NCBI GenBank assembly: GCA_016715885.1
Contig: JADJXL010000022.1
Location: 11,588-75,587 of the forward strand
DNA: 64,000 bases
Direction: 5' to 3'
Source of the DNA: Polyangiaceae bacterium
GTDB taxonomy: Bacteria > Myxococcota_A > Polyangia > Polyangiales > Polyangiaceae
Both the position numbers and the translations under genes were made by a program. Below are positions 51,734 to 62,312 of this stretch, in pieces. The notes beneath the pieces are model-generated. The model did not search any database. It was not told the origin of the DNA and worked only from the letters and a program-made list of their open reading frames with translations. The stretch's first letter is position 1; every line of letters begins with the position of its first letter.

Positions 51734-53368
51734 ATGGATTTCAGCGAGGTTGACCACGCCCTGGAAGAGCTCGAAAGCCGCATCGAACGGCTGAAGGCGC
51801 TTTACGAGCAGTACTTCATGGGCATCGAGAAGCTCGAGCCGCTCGTGCCGCGCAAGGACGTCGATCGGCGCATCATGATTTTGCGGCGCGAGCAAGTTCG
51901 CAACACGGCGCAGCGTTTCAAATTCCAAACCCTCGTACAGCGTTACAATTCGTTCCAGCAGTACTGGGCGCGCGTGGCTCGCGAGATCGACAACGGGACG
52001 TATCATCGAGACGTCGCGCGTGCTGCAGCTCGTTTTGGGGCCAAAGAAACGCTCACGATTTTCGGCAGGAAACAAGCTGAAAAGTATCAGCGTCTCGTTG
52101 CAAATCAGGAAGCACGGCGAGCTCGCAGGACGACGACGCACACGATCGACGAAGAGATGCTCGCGGATGACGAGCTGTTGTTCGTCGACGACGAGCAAGA
52201 GGCCGAAGACATTGCCGACGCGGATGATGAATCGCGTCCGACGCCGGTGATTGCGAAGCCGACGCAAGGGTCCGCGCCGCCTCTTGCCATTCCGCCGCTT
52301 CCGCCACCACCGAGGGCGTCGAGTCCTGGAATGCCGTCGGTGCCTCCGCCGCTTCCACCCGTCGTGCGTGGGTCTGGGCAGATGCCGGCTCCGATCGTGA
52401 ATGTAAAGGAGGACGTCCCCGAGGAGCTCGACCTCGCAGACGACGACATTCTCGAGTACATCCCGGACAAACCAGGCGGAGCGCGAAGGAAGATTCGGCC
52501 GGACACGATGTTTCCGATCATGATGCGGCGTCCGTCGGAGACGCTGCCGAAGGCGGAACCTTCGTCGCAAGAGCCTGCGCCGGCACATCGATCGCAGACG
52601 ATGCCGCTCGATCCCGAAGCGAAAAAGCGGCGCGTGGCTGCGCTCGCGGCTCAGGTGAAGCATCGAGGCAGCCAGACGACGATGCCGCAAGCGGGGTCGA
52701 CTCGTCCGCTCGATCTGGAGTTGGATCTTGGTGGGGGAGCGCGAGCGCGAGAGGAGCAAGGGGCGAAGGCGGAGCGAGCGCTGGATCTGGATTTCGACCG
52801 AGGCTCACAGCCGAAAGAGAAGCCTCCTGCGAAAGCAGAACGGCCGCTGGATCTGGCGTTGGATCAAGGCTCGCGCGTGCGTGAAGAGCAGGCCGCAAAG
52901 GTTGAACGGCCAGCGCCGCAGGTAGCTCCCGTGCGAGCCGAAGCGGAAGGTTTGGCTGGACGCACGGAGCCGCGTGAAGAGCGCATCGAAGCGCTTCGAG
53001 CAGCGGTCGCGGCAGAAGCTAGAGAGCAGGCTGCAGCGCAAGCAGGACGTGATCCCGAGGCTACTGAAGAACGGCGAGCGGCGGGGGCACGAGCAGCGGC
53101 TGCTGCGCGAGAGCGTGCTGCGAGTGCGCGTGATGCGACTGGAGAAGCGGCTGGTTTGTCGGATAAGCGCATCCGGCAGATTTATGGTGAGTACGTCGAT
53201 GCGAAGCGTTCGGTGAAAGAGTCGACCGCGGGCGTTACGTTCGACACGCTTGCCAAGCAGCTTCGGCAACAAGCCGAGAAGCTCGAAGCGTCGCATCCTG
53301 GTCGAAAAGTCGACTACAGCGTGGTGATGAAGAACGGCCGTCCGACGCTGAAGCCCGTCTTGCGTTGA
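51734..53368 (+). CDS. Hypothetical protein: N-terminal coiled coil, Pro-rich linker, three about 25-aa RPLDL.LD.G repeats, Ala/Arg/Glu-rich region, conserved C-terminal domain
   Basis: Start at ATG 51734 (MDFSEVDHALEELE...). The upstream part of ORF 51296 overlaps the previous gene in another frame. Confidence 0.6.
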   Translation: MDFSEVDHALEELESRIERLKALYEQYFMGIEKLEPLVPRKDVDRRIMILRREQVRNTAQRFKFQTLVQRYNSFQQYWARVAREIDNGTYHRDVARAAARFGAKETLTIFGRKQAEKYQRLVANQEARRARRTTTHTIDEEMLADDELLFVDDEQEAEDIADADDESRPTPVIAKPTQGSAPPLAIPPLPPPPRASSPGMPSVPPPLPPVVRGSGQMPAPIVNVKEDVPEELDLADDDILEYIPDKPGGARRKIRPDTMFPIMMRRPSETLPKAEPSSQEPAPAHRSQTMPLDPEAKKRRVAALAAQVKHRGSQTTMPQAGSTRPLDLELDLGGGARAREEQGAKAERALDLDFDRGSQPKEKPPAKAERPLDLALDQGSRVREEQAAKVERPAPQVAPVRAEAEGLAGRTEPREERIEALRAAVAAEAREQAAAQAGRDPEATEERRAAGARAAAAARERAASARDATGEAAGLSDKRIRQIYGEYVDAKRSVKESTAGVTFDTLAKQLRQQAEKLEASHPGRKVDYSVVMKNGRPTLKPVLR

Positions 53369-53407
53369 CGAACGGGTCGAGCGATCGCTTTGCGTGCAAA
53401 CGATCCG

Positions 53408-53854
53408 TCAGTGATGCATGGATCCGCTGCGTGAAGCTCGTTCGGCGCGAATGGCGCGACGGGTCATGCGCGGCGGTGAAGGGGTGTTTTGGCAGAAGAG
53501 AATGGCGCAAGCCGTTCTGTCTGCTTCGCGCATGCGAGTGCACAACTCTCCAAGGTCCTCATCGCTGTCGACGACGTCTGCCTCGTGCGGCTGCGTCGAG
53601 CTCGGTTCGTAGAGGATGTTGTCGAGTGCCACCCAGCGTCCGCGGTATTCCTCGGAACGACACATTTCGGGCCACGTCATACGAGCGGCCACGCGGCGTT
53701 TACTGCCCATTGCCTGTGAACGACCTTCTGCTCTGCTGCATCGACCAAGGGCGTTCGGGGCGAAGGGCGCCAAATGCGACCAGCAGTCCCGAATGACGAA
53801 CTCGACTTCGTTGTGGTGGGTCGAGCTCAGCGGGCAACGTTCTTTCGTCGCCAC
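53408..53854 (-). CDS. Small hypothetical protein (possibly shorter, starting at MTWPEM)
   Basis: This is the only ORF without Arg/Cys-rich junk composition in the 640-bp gap, but there is no recognisable domain. Confidence 0.3.
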   Translation of the reverse strand: MATKERCPLSSTHHNEVEFVIRDCWSHLAPFAPNALGRCSRAEGRSQAMGSKRRVAARMTWPEMCRSEEYRGRWVALDNILYEPSSTQPHEADVVDSDEDLGELCTRMREADRTACAILFCQNTPSPPRMTRRAIRAERASRSGSMHH

Positions 53855-54008
53855 GCGAACCTTGGCAATCAGAGCTGTTTCTGTGGCGTTTCATCGCCAA
53901 TCGAGAATCCATCTAGCACCAGCGGGAGACGCGCGTCAAGCGCGCGCCATCGCTGTTGCATGTCAACTTCATGACGGGTTGCGATCGATCGCGTGGAAGC
54001 ACGCGCGA

Positions 54009-55916
54009 CTACTTGCACTCTTTCGGAAGTGCGTTCTTGCCGCTCGATGCGCCGATCGCGGCAGCTTGATTCGCGATACCTTTTGCTGCGCACTTTTTCC
54101 TTTGCACTTCGCGTGCAGCAGACGCGTCGATGGCGGCGAGCGCGCTGCTGCGCTTGGGCCCGGCGCACGAGCGGTATTGCGAGATCGCGAGCGATGTGTT
54201 GGTGCCGCGCGCAAGCGAGATGGCGGCGTCGCAAGCGGCGTCGGCTTTGGGATCCACCGATGGAGTTGGCTTCGATGTGGTGGTCGTCGTCGACGCCGTG
54301 GAGCCAGAGCCTGCGGTGGAGGTGCCTGCAGCAGTCCCGATCGTACCTGTGGAGGACGACGCAGGCTCGGCCGTTGCGCTGCTCGATGGTGTGGTTGGTG
54401 GATCCGATGCGACGACGACAGCCGTAGGCGTCGTAGCTGACGGCAAGGTGAGCACTTCACCGTCGCTGCCCGAGCTCTTGCTGCCGCTGAACGCGAAGAT
54501 GACGCCGACGATGCCAAGCAGCGTGAGCACCGCGATGCCGGCGATGATGGGCATCATGTTGTTCGACTGTTTGCCCGCGGCTTGAGGTGGTGGAGGCGGA
54601 GCGGGATAGGCGGGGCCTCCCATGTGTCCGTGCATCGGCTGCTGATGCGTGTGCATCGGCATCGCTGGCATCGGCTGTGGCGTCATGCTCATCGCTGCGC
54701 TTTGCCCCGTGTCGACGACCGTGCGACCTGCGGGCGCATGCATGGGCTGCGGCTGCTGCTGCACGAAGAGCGGTTCGCCGATCTGGGTGCCGCCCGGACG
54801 CGCCGGCATCGGACCACTTGGCATGCCCTGCATTTGGCCACTTGGCATCGCGTGCATTTGGCCGCTTGGCATCGCGTGCATCTGACCGCTCGGCATGCCG
54901 GCCATGGCCATGCCTGCACCTGCGTGAGCGGCTTGTTGTCCGGTTATGGGTGCACCTGCGCGAGCACCACCCAGCGACAGTTCCTCGAAAAACTGCTTCA
55001 CGGACGCTTGGCGTTTGTTTCGATCTTTCTCGAGACCACGCAGGATCGCGGCTCGCATCTTCGGCGGCACGTTCGCTCCGACCGGCGTTACTTCGAACGG
55101 AAACGGTTGTGCCGTCAGATGCTGCGTTGCCCATGCCCACGGCGTATCGGCCTCGAAAGGAAGCCGTCCGGTGAGCATTTCGTACGTCACGACGGCGAGC
55201 GAGTAGATGTCGCTGCGGGCATCGAGCTCTTGTCCACGAAACTGCTCCGGACTCATGTAGGGCGGTGTTCCGAGCACCGTGCCTTGCTGCGTGAGTTTTT
55301 GCTCTTTGGAGTCTGGTCGTTCGGCGCGTTTGGCGATGCCGAAGTCGAGCACTTTGACGTAGTCGTCTTCGCCGGCACGCTTGGTGAGGAAGATGTTTGC
55401 CGGTTTGAGATCGCGATGAACGATGCCTTTGTCGTGTGCTTCTTGGAGCGATCCGGCGGCTTGTCCGATGATGCGTTCGACGCGTTCGGGTTGCATCGCG
55501 CCGCCCTTCTCGAGGGCTTCTTCGAGCGACGTACCAACGAGCAGCTCCATCGCGATGTAGAGCTCGCCGGTGTTGGTTTGTCCGAAGTCGTAGACCTTGA
55601 TCGTGTTGGGGTGTTCGAGTTCGGCGACGGTGCCGCATTCGCGGTTGAAGCGAGCGAGAACTTGAGGGTCTTTGGCGTATTGCGCGAGCAGCGTTTTCAC
55701 CGCGGCTTTGCGCACGGTGGTGCCCATCTGTTGCTCGGCGGTGTACACGCGCCCCATGCCGCCCTCGCCGAGGATGTCGGTGATGCGATAACGACCGCCG
55801 ACGATCGAGCCGATCAAGGGATCTTCATCGGACGTGGGTGTTGGGAGCGGCGCGCCGCATTTGGCGCAAAAGCGAGCTCCATCGATGTTCGAGTGGTGAC
55901 AGGCGGGACACTCCAT
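54009..55916 (-). CDS. Ser/Thr protein kinase with N-terminal Zn ribbon, Pro/Gln/Met-rich linker, one TM and a Thr/Ser-rich extracellular C-terminal domain
   Basis: MECPACHHSNIDGARFCAKCG; kinase subdomains GEGGMGRVY, HRDLKPANI, DFGIA; three 24-bp repeats encoding PSGQMHAM. Confidence 0.85.
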   Translation of the reverse strand: MECPACHHSNIDGARFCAKCGAPLPTPTSDEDPLIGSIVGGRYRITDILGEGGMGRVYTAEQQMGTTVRKAAVKTLLAQYAKDPQVLARFNRECGTVAELEHPNTIKVYDFGQTNTGELYIAMELLVGTSLEEALEKGGAMQPERVERIIGQAAGSLQEAHDKGIVHRDLKPANIFLTKRAGEDDYVKVLDFGIAKRAERPDSKEQKLTQQGTVLGTPPYMSPEQFRGQELDARSDIYSLAVVTYEMLTGRLPFEADTPWAWATQHLTAQPFPFEVTPVGANVPPKMRAAILRGLEKDRNKRQASVKQFFEELSLGGARAGAPITGQQAAHAGAGMAMAGMPSGQMHAMPSGQMHAMPSGQMQGMPSGPMPARPGGTQIGEPLFVQQQPQPMHAPAGRTVVDTGQSAAMSMTPQPMPAMPMHTHQQPMHGHMGGPAYPAPPPPPQAAGKQSNNMMPIIAGIAVLTLLGIVGVIFAFSGSKSSGSDGEVLTLPSATTPTAVVVASDPPTTPSSSATAEPASSSTGTIGTAAGTSTAGSGSTASTTTTTSKPTPSVDPKADAACDAAISLARGTNTSLAISQYRSCAGPKRSSALAAIDASAAREVQRKKCAAKGIANQAAAIGASSGKNALPKECK

Positions 55917-56265
55917 GATGCGTAAGACCCTCTACCCCAAGTCTTTGCGCGCCGCTCACATTCTTGCTTCGTTGCGGCGAGCTTTGCGTGTCGCGAGTGC
56001 TATTGGACGCGCAGGATCGCAAGTCGCAAGCATTCTGTGCAAGAAGTTGACGCCCGTTGTGTGAACGTGTTCGGGACGATGGTGCAGGGAGCGTGGACGG
56101 TTTGTGGTAGGGATGATGCTGAGGCAGAGATCGCGAGGATTCGTTGGGGACGGGTCGGAAGAACGGACGAACAACAAATCGTGCAACGACTCTTGACATG
56201 CCCATTGCAAGGGGCTAAGAGCCTGCTCCCCTTCGCCGGGACTGGTCTGTCTTCGAGGAGGACTC

Positions 56266-56338
56266 GCTGGCGTAGCTCAATCGGTAGAGCACCTGCCTTG
56301 TAAGCAGGGGGTTAGGGGTTCAAGTCCCCTCGTCAGCT
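56266..56338 (+). tRNA. tRNA-Thr (anticodon TGT)
   Basis: Cloverleaf gctggcg / D-arm agctcaatcggtagagc / anticodon loop cTTGTAa / T-arm ggttcaagtcc / cgtcagc. Confidence 0.85.
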
Positions 56339-56483
56339 CCGTGGGGTTCAGACGGGGGGCGAACCCGGTGGCAGATCATGAAGAGAACGTAAAGGCCGAT
56401 TGAGGAACGGGAGAGACGAGAGCCAAGGAGACGCGTACTGAGACAAACCGTGAGTAGACACGGGATCGTTTGCATTGACATAT

Positions 56484-56567
56484 GGAGGGTTGCCCGAGCG
56501 GCCAAAGGGAGCAGACTGTAAATCTGCCGGCGATGCCTACGTTGGTTCGAATCCAACACCCTCCACC
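56484..56567 (+). tRNA. tRNA-Tyr (anticodon GTA), long variable arm
   Basis: ggagggt...gcagactGTAaatctgc...ggttcgaatcc...accctcc. Confidence 0.85.
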
Positions 56568-56652
56568 GAAACGCCGAAAGGTGTTTCGACCAGCAGGGCC
56601 GGCTCGATCGTTTGAGGACGAAGCAAAGGGGAAACTCGATGCTTTCAGATTC

Positions 56653-56728
56653 GCGGGCGTAGCTCAGTTGGTAGAGCGTCAGCCTTCCAAGCTGAACGTC
56701 GCCGGTTCGAACCCGGTCGCCCGCTCCA
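56653..56728 (+). tRNA. tRNA-Gly (anticodon TCC), CCA encoded
   Basis: gcgggcg tagctcagttggtagagc ...cTTCCAa... ggttcgaaccc cgcccgc tcca. Confidence 0.85.
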
Positions 56729-56738
56729 CCGGCCCATT

Positions 56739-56814
56739 GCCCACCTAGCTCAGTTGGTAGAGCACGTCCTTGGTAAGGACGAGGTCGTCGGTTCAAGCCC
56801 GATGGTGGGCTCCA
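56739..56814 (+). tRNA. tRNA-Thr (anticodon GGT), CCA encoded
   Basis: gcccacc tagctcagttggtagagc ...tTGGTAa... ggttcaagccc ggtgggc tcca. Confidence 0.85.
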
Positions 56815-56872
56815 CGAAGGGAAGAATTGCTCGCGCGACCGAATTGGTCGGCAATCGTCAGGAGACAGCTCG

Positions 56873-58063
<1,191 letters not shown>

Positions 58064-58074
58064 CGGGTGACGAG

Positions 58075-58239
58075 GTGCAGGCCAGCGGTGGGCGCAAAAC
58101 GCGAGAGACGGTTTCGTTGGCCTGCACCGAGTGCAAGATGAGGAATTACAAGACGACGAAGGCTCCCGGTAGCCACATAGAGATCAAGAAATTTTGCCCG
58201 ACGTGCAAGAAGCACACTATGCATCGGGAGACGAAGTAG
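58075..58239 (+). CDS. rpmG: 50S ribosomal protein L33
   Basis: Starting at GTG 58075 gives a 54-aa protein, ...[45 protein letters not shown], with the conserved L33 Cys4 Zn-ribbon motif. It was found as the tail of a mixed-frame ORF. Confidence 0.75.
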   Translation: MQASGGRKTRETVSLACTECKMRNYKTTKAPGSHIEIKKFCPTCKKHTMHRETK

Positions 58240-58276
58240 AGGTTCCGCTCGGCTCGCAAAGTGCCAAGCGGACTGA

Positions 58277-58349
58277 AGGGGTATAGCTCAGTTGGTAGAG
58301 CAGCGGATTCCAAATCCGCAGGTCGGGAGTTCGAGCCTCTCTGCCCCTG
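58277..58349 (+). tRNA. tRNA-Trp (anticodon CCA)
   Basis: aggggta tagctcagttggtagagc agcgga-ttCCAaa-tccgc ...ttcgagc... tgcccct g. Confidence 0.85.
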
Positions 58350-58461
58350 CTGGGGCCCTTTTTCAGTAGCGGTACGGCAGCGAGATAGGGCGCCTGCTCA
58401 AAGATTCGGGTTGGTTGTCGATGCTTTGGTGAGCATCGATGGTGTGGTCGAGACAAAGGCG

Positions 58462-59100
58462 ATGGCAACACGAAAAGAAAAAGATGCGGCGAAGAAAGGC
58501 AGCGAAGAGGCTGCTGACGACGCTGCTCGGGACGAGGGCTCGGAAGCCTCGCTCGTGGTGCGTGAGTCGTCTGATCTCGAAGCAGCCGCAGGCGATTCGG
58601 AAGAAGCGGAAGAAGAAGAGTCGCAAGACGGCGAGCAAGACGAAGCGGCTGCGGATGACTCGGAAGACGCCGTTGCGCGGCCGCTCGGCGCCGACCGTTA
58701 TGTGATGGCTGGGTTTTTCGCGGCAGCCATTCTTGGTGGGTACATTCTTGGCAAGGTGGTTCAGACCCTCTGGTCGGATCTTGCTAGCCGCGATTGGTTC
58801 AACCAATCCTTGCCCTCGCTTGCGGCAGTGCCCGAAGAGAGCCGGACGACCTTCGCGATGGTCTTTGGTGGCATCGTTGCTCTCGTGGTGGTGCTTCGAA
58901 CGTATCGTCGTCCTGATGTGCGAACGTGGACCGACGAAGTGGCTTCGGAGCTCATGAAGGTCAAATGGCCGACGAAGAAGGACGTCACGAACTCGACGTT
59001 GGTCGTCATTGCAGCAAGTTCCTTTGCAACGTTGTACCTAGCGTTGCTCGACAGGTTGTGGTCGTTCGTGACCAGCATCGTCTACGGGACCGGGAGCTAG
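58462..59100 (+). CDS. secE: Preprotein translocase subunit SecE with a long acidic N-terminal extension
   Basis: Conserved position between tRNA-Trp and nusG; 3 TM helices; the C-terminal part contains the conserved KVKWPTKKDV motif. The start is taken at ATG 58462, after the tRNA. Confidence 0.75.
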   Translation: MATRKEKDAAKKGSEEAADDAARDEGSEASLVVRESSDLEAAAGDSEEAEEEESQDGEQDEAAADDSEDAVARPLGADRYVMAGFFAAAILGGYILGKVVQTLWSDLASRDWFNQSLPSLAAVPEESRTTFAMVFGGIVALVVVLRTYRRPDVRTWTDEVASELMKVKWPTKKDVTNSTLVVIAASSFATLYLALLDRLWSFVTSIVYGTGS

Positions 59101-59121
59101 TCCGTTCGGGAGCCACGAATC

Positions 59122-59652
59122 ATGGCGAAGAAGTGGTACGTCATTCACACCTACTCGGGATTCGAGGCGAAGGTGCGCGATGCGCTCCAGCAGCGGGCCA
59201 AGCAGCATGGGCTCGACGACAAGATTGGGGAGATCCTGATCCCGAGCGAAACGGTTACGGAGAACCGGCCTGGCGGTAAGACGCGAGTTCGTCAGAAGTT
59301 GAGCCTGCCGGGGTACATTTTCGTCGAGATGGACATGAGTGAGGTCGTGTGGCATCTCGTCAAGGACACGCCGAAGGTAACTGGTTTCATTGGCAACCAG
59401 ACGCCGCAGGAGGTGCCGGCGCCGCAGATTGAGAGTTTGCGGCGAGGCATCGTCGAGGGGGCGGTCAAACCCAAGCCGAAGCTGACTTTCGAGGTAGGCG
59501 AAGAAGTTCGCGTGCTCGATGGGGCTTTCGCCAACTTCACGGGCACGGTGGATGACGTGAAGATGGATAAGCAGAAGCTGAAGGTGAAGGTGTCTATTTT
59601 CGGGCGCCCCACGAGTGTGGAGCTTGATTTTTCAGCCGTGGAGAAGCGTTGA
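59122..59652 (+). CDS. nusG: Transcription termination/antitermination factor NusG
   Basis: MAKKWYVIHTYSGFE...KOW motif; length 176 aa. Confidence 0.95.
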   Translation: MAKKWYVIHTYSGFEAKVRDALQQRAKQHGLDDKIGEILIPSETVTENRPGGKTRVRQKLSLPGYIFVEMDMSEVVWHLVKDTPKVTGFIGNQTPQEVPAPQIESLRRGIVEGAVKPKPKLTFEVGEEVRVLDGAFANFTGTVDDVKMDKQKLKVKVSIFGRPTSVELDFSAVEKR

Positions 59653-59709
59653 GCGACGCTGCCGCGCGGTAGAGAACGGTTCATTTCCAGAACAGACGGG
59701 TAATTAGCA

Positions 59710-60153
59710 ATGGCGAAGAAGGTCACCGGGTACGTCAAGCTCCAGCTTCCTGCGGGGAAGGCCAATCCTTCGCCGCCAGTTGGTCCTGCGCTTGGGCAGC
59801 ATGGTGTGAACATCATGGCGTTCTGCAAGGACTTCAACTCGCGGACGTCGTCGCAGGAAGGGATGATCATTCCGGTCGTGATCACGGTGTATTCCGACCG
59901 GTCTTTTACCTTCGTTTTGAAGACGCCTCCGGCGTCGGTTCTTTTGAAGAAGGCTGCTGGGCTTCCGACGCAGAAGAAGCCTGGAGCGGGTTCCAAGGAG
60001 CCCAACAAGGTGAAAGTGGGTCAGGTTACCCAGAAGCAGCTTCAGGAGCTTGCACAACTCAAGATGCAAGACATGAACACGACAAACCTCGAATCCGCAA
60101 TGCGGAGCATGGCGGGCACGGCTCGTTCGATGGGTATTACGATCGTCGATTGA
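59710..60153 (+). CDS. rplK: 50S ribosomal protein L11
   Basis: [36 protein letters not shown]. Confidence 0.95.
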   Translation: MAKKVTGYVKLQLPAGKANPSPPVGPALGQHGVNIMAFCKDFNSRTSSQEGMIIPVVITVYSDRSFTFVLKTPPASVLLKKAAGLPTQKKPGAGSKEPNKVKVGQVTQKQLQELAQLKMQDMNTTNLESAMRSMAGTARSMGITIVD

Positions 60154-60315
60154 GGGCGCAGGTCGCGCTCGTTGCGGGCTGTCGTACTCGCATTCGGCGC
60201 TTGTGCTGCGTAGTCGTGGAGCGGTAGAAGAGCACCCTCTCGTGATGAGAGGAACAGCACCACGGTTGAACGGCGCACCGTGGGAGGCGTAAGCCGATAG
60301 GGAATAGGAGGGCAG

Positions 60316-61026
60316 ATGCCGAAAGTCGCCAAGAAACGCGCTGCGGTCCAAAGCTTGGTCGATCGTACGCGCAAGTACTCGCTTCATGAAGCGTGTACGC
60401 TTGTTAAGAAGGCTGCTACGGCGAAGTTCGACGAAACGGTCGACATCGCAGTGCGGCTCGGCGTGAACCCGCGTCATGCCGATCAGATGGTTCGTGGAGC
60501 TGTGGTTTTGCCGCACGGGACTGGCCAAAGCGTTCGGGTCCTCGTCTTCGCCAAGGGCGAAAAGGCGAAGGATGCGGAGGCAGCAGGCGCAGACTTCGTT
60601 GGCGAAGCCGATCTGGTGGCCAAGATCCAGGAAGGCTTCATGGACTTCGACCGGGTCATCGCGACACCGGACATGATGGGTTTGGTCGGTAAACTCGGCC
60701 GTATCCTTGGTCCGCGCGGACTCATGCCGAACCCGAAGGTCGGAACGGTGACTGTCGATGTGAAGACGGCCGTTTCCGAAGCGAAGGCAGGCAAGGTCGA
60801 GTATCGGGTCGAGAAAGCGGGCATCGTGCACGCTCGGATCGGCAAAGTCTCGTTCAAGGAGGAGGCGCTCGCAAAGAACGCTGAAGCCTTGATCCAGGCT
60901 CTGGTCCGCGCGAAGCCATCGACGGCCAAAGGGGTGTATCTGCGGAGCATCACCATGTCGTCCACGATGGGGCCCGGTGTGCGGATTGATCCGGTGCATC
61001 TCAGCGGTGCGGCGGAGGAGGGCTGA
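60316..61026 (+). CDS. rplA: 50S ribosomal protein L1
   Basis: 236 aa: [16 protein letters not shown]... Confidence 0.95.
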   Translation: MPKVAKKRAAVQSLVDRTRKYSLHEACTLVKKAATAKFDETVDIAVRLGVNPRHADQMVRGAVVLPHGTGQSVRVLVFAKGEKAKDAEAAGADFVGEADLVAKIQEGFMDFDRVIATPDMMGLVGKLGRILGPRGLMPNPKVGTVTVDVKTAVSEAKAGKVEYRVEKAGIVHARIGKVSFKEEALAKNAEALIQALVRAKPSTAKGVYLRSITMSSTMGPGVRIDPVHLSGAAEEG

Positions 61027-61028
61027 GC

Positions 61029-61565
61029 ATGGAGCGCGCGGATAAAGAAGTTGAGATCGGCGAGGTCAAGCAACGCTTCGAGCGTATGACTTCGGCCGTT
61101 TTCCTCGACTTCAAGGGTCTCAACGTCGCGGTTGTTACCAAACTGCGCGACGAATTCCGGAAGGCGGGCGTCGAGTATCGAGTCGTGAAAAACACGCTCG
61201 TTCGTCACGCGATCAAGCATCACAAGTGGGCGGACAAGCTTGACGACACGCTGACTGGAATGACGGGGATCGCTTGGAGCTACGAGGATCCGAGCGCGGC
61301 CGCCAAGGTCGTGAAGGCCTTTCGCAAGGAGAAAGAACACGAAAAGCTGAAGATCAAGGCAGGTCTCATCGAGGGGCAGGTTCTCAATGCCGATGGCGTG
61401 GAGAATCAGCTTGCGACGATGCCTGGCAAGAACGAGCTTCGAGCGTCGCTTTTGGCAACGATGGCGGCGCCGATGCAGCAGTTCCTGCAGCAATTGAACG
61501 CTCCTCTTCAGAATTTCGTGTACCTGCTGAAGGCGAAGGAGGACGCGGCCGACAAGGCGGGCTGA
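61029..61565 (+). CDS. rplJ: 50S ribosomal protein L10
   Basis: 178 aa; it starts 2 nt after the rplA stop. Confidence 0.9.
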   Translation: MERADKEVEIGEVKQRFERMTSAVFLDFKGLNVAVVTKLRDEFRKAGVEYRVVKNTLVRHAIKHHKWADKLDDTLTGMTGIAWSYEDPSAAAKVVKAFRKEKEHEKLKIKAGLIEGQVLNADGVENQLATMPGKNELRASLLATMAAPMQQFLQQLNAPLQNFVYLLKAKEDAADKAG

Positions 61566-61690
61566 TTCAGCCTGCGTTTTTGCCGTCCGAACGTGAGAAA
61601 GGGCATTGCGCCCTCGAGGTTTTGTTCTAGAGACGCGGCCCAGGGTGAGAGCACCAGAAGGGGCGCGCAGAGGGTCGAAGGAGTCTTGTC

Positions 61691-62077
61691 ATGGCTGAGA
61701 TCACGCGGGAGCAGATCGTCGATCACCTTTCCAACTTGACGGTCATTCAGATCGCCGAGCTGATCAAGGATCTGGAGAACAAGTGGGGCGTCAAGGCTGC
61801 ACCGGCGGCCGTTGCCGTTGCTGCAGGACCGGCGGCTGCTGCCGAAGCGCCGAAGGTTGAAGAGAAGACCGAGTTCGATGTCGTGTTGGCAACCGCCGGC
61901 GCGAACAAGATCCAGGTCATCAAGGCCATTCGTGAGATCACGGGCCTTGGTTTGAAGGAAGCGAAGGACCTCGTCGAGGCCGCACCGAAGAACGTCAAGG
62001 AAGGCGTTTCGAAGGCCGATGCCGAGGAAATGAAGAAGAAGCTGACCGAGGCAGGTGCGACGGTCGAGCTCAAGTAA
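61691..62077 (+). CDS. rplL: 50S ribosomal protein L7/L12
   Basis: [29 protein letters not shown]...ATVELK. Confidence 0.95.
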   Translation: MAEITREQIVDHLSNLTVIQIAELIKDLENKWGVKAAPAAVAVAAGPAAAAEAPKVEEKTEFDVVLATAGANKIQVIKAIREITGLGLKEAKDLVEAAPKNVKEGVSKADAEEMKKKLTEAGATVELK

Positions 62078-62110
62078 GGATCTCGGCTCCCCTTCGAGGG
62101 GCAGCGTGAT

Positions 62111-62170
62111 CCGCCGTTACGCGACGGCGGCAGGGGTGAAATGCCCCTGCCGCACGTCCAGTTTTGTATT
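62111..62170 (+). terminator. rplL-rpoB intergenic attenuator: two hairpins (ccgccg-ttacgcga-cggcgg; ggcagggg-tgaaat-gcccctgcc) followed by a T-rich run
   Basis: Stems seen at 62111-62130 and 62129-62151, followed by gttttgtattt at 62161-62171. Confidence 0.55.
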
Positions 62171-62312
62171 TCGACGGGCTAGCGGACACATGAGTCCGGT
62201 TTGTCCGTCGGGACCTTTGATGGCTGTTTCGAAGCTTCGAGGCTGATGCTCGGTTTCGTGGAGCGCGATGGCGCATGAGGCGCGCGCACCCGTAGGAGCC
62301 GGAGGAATATCG

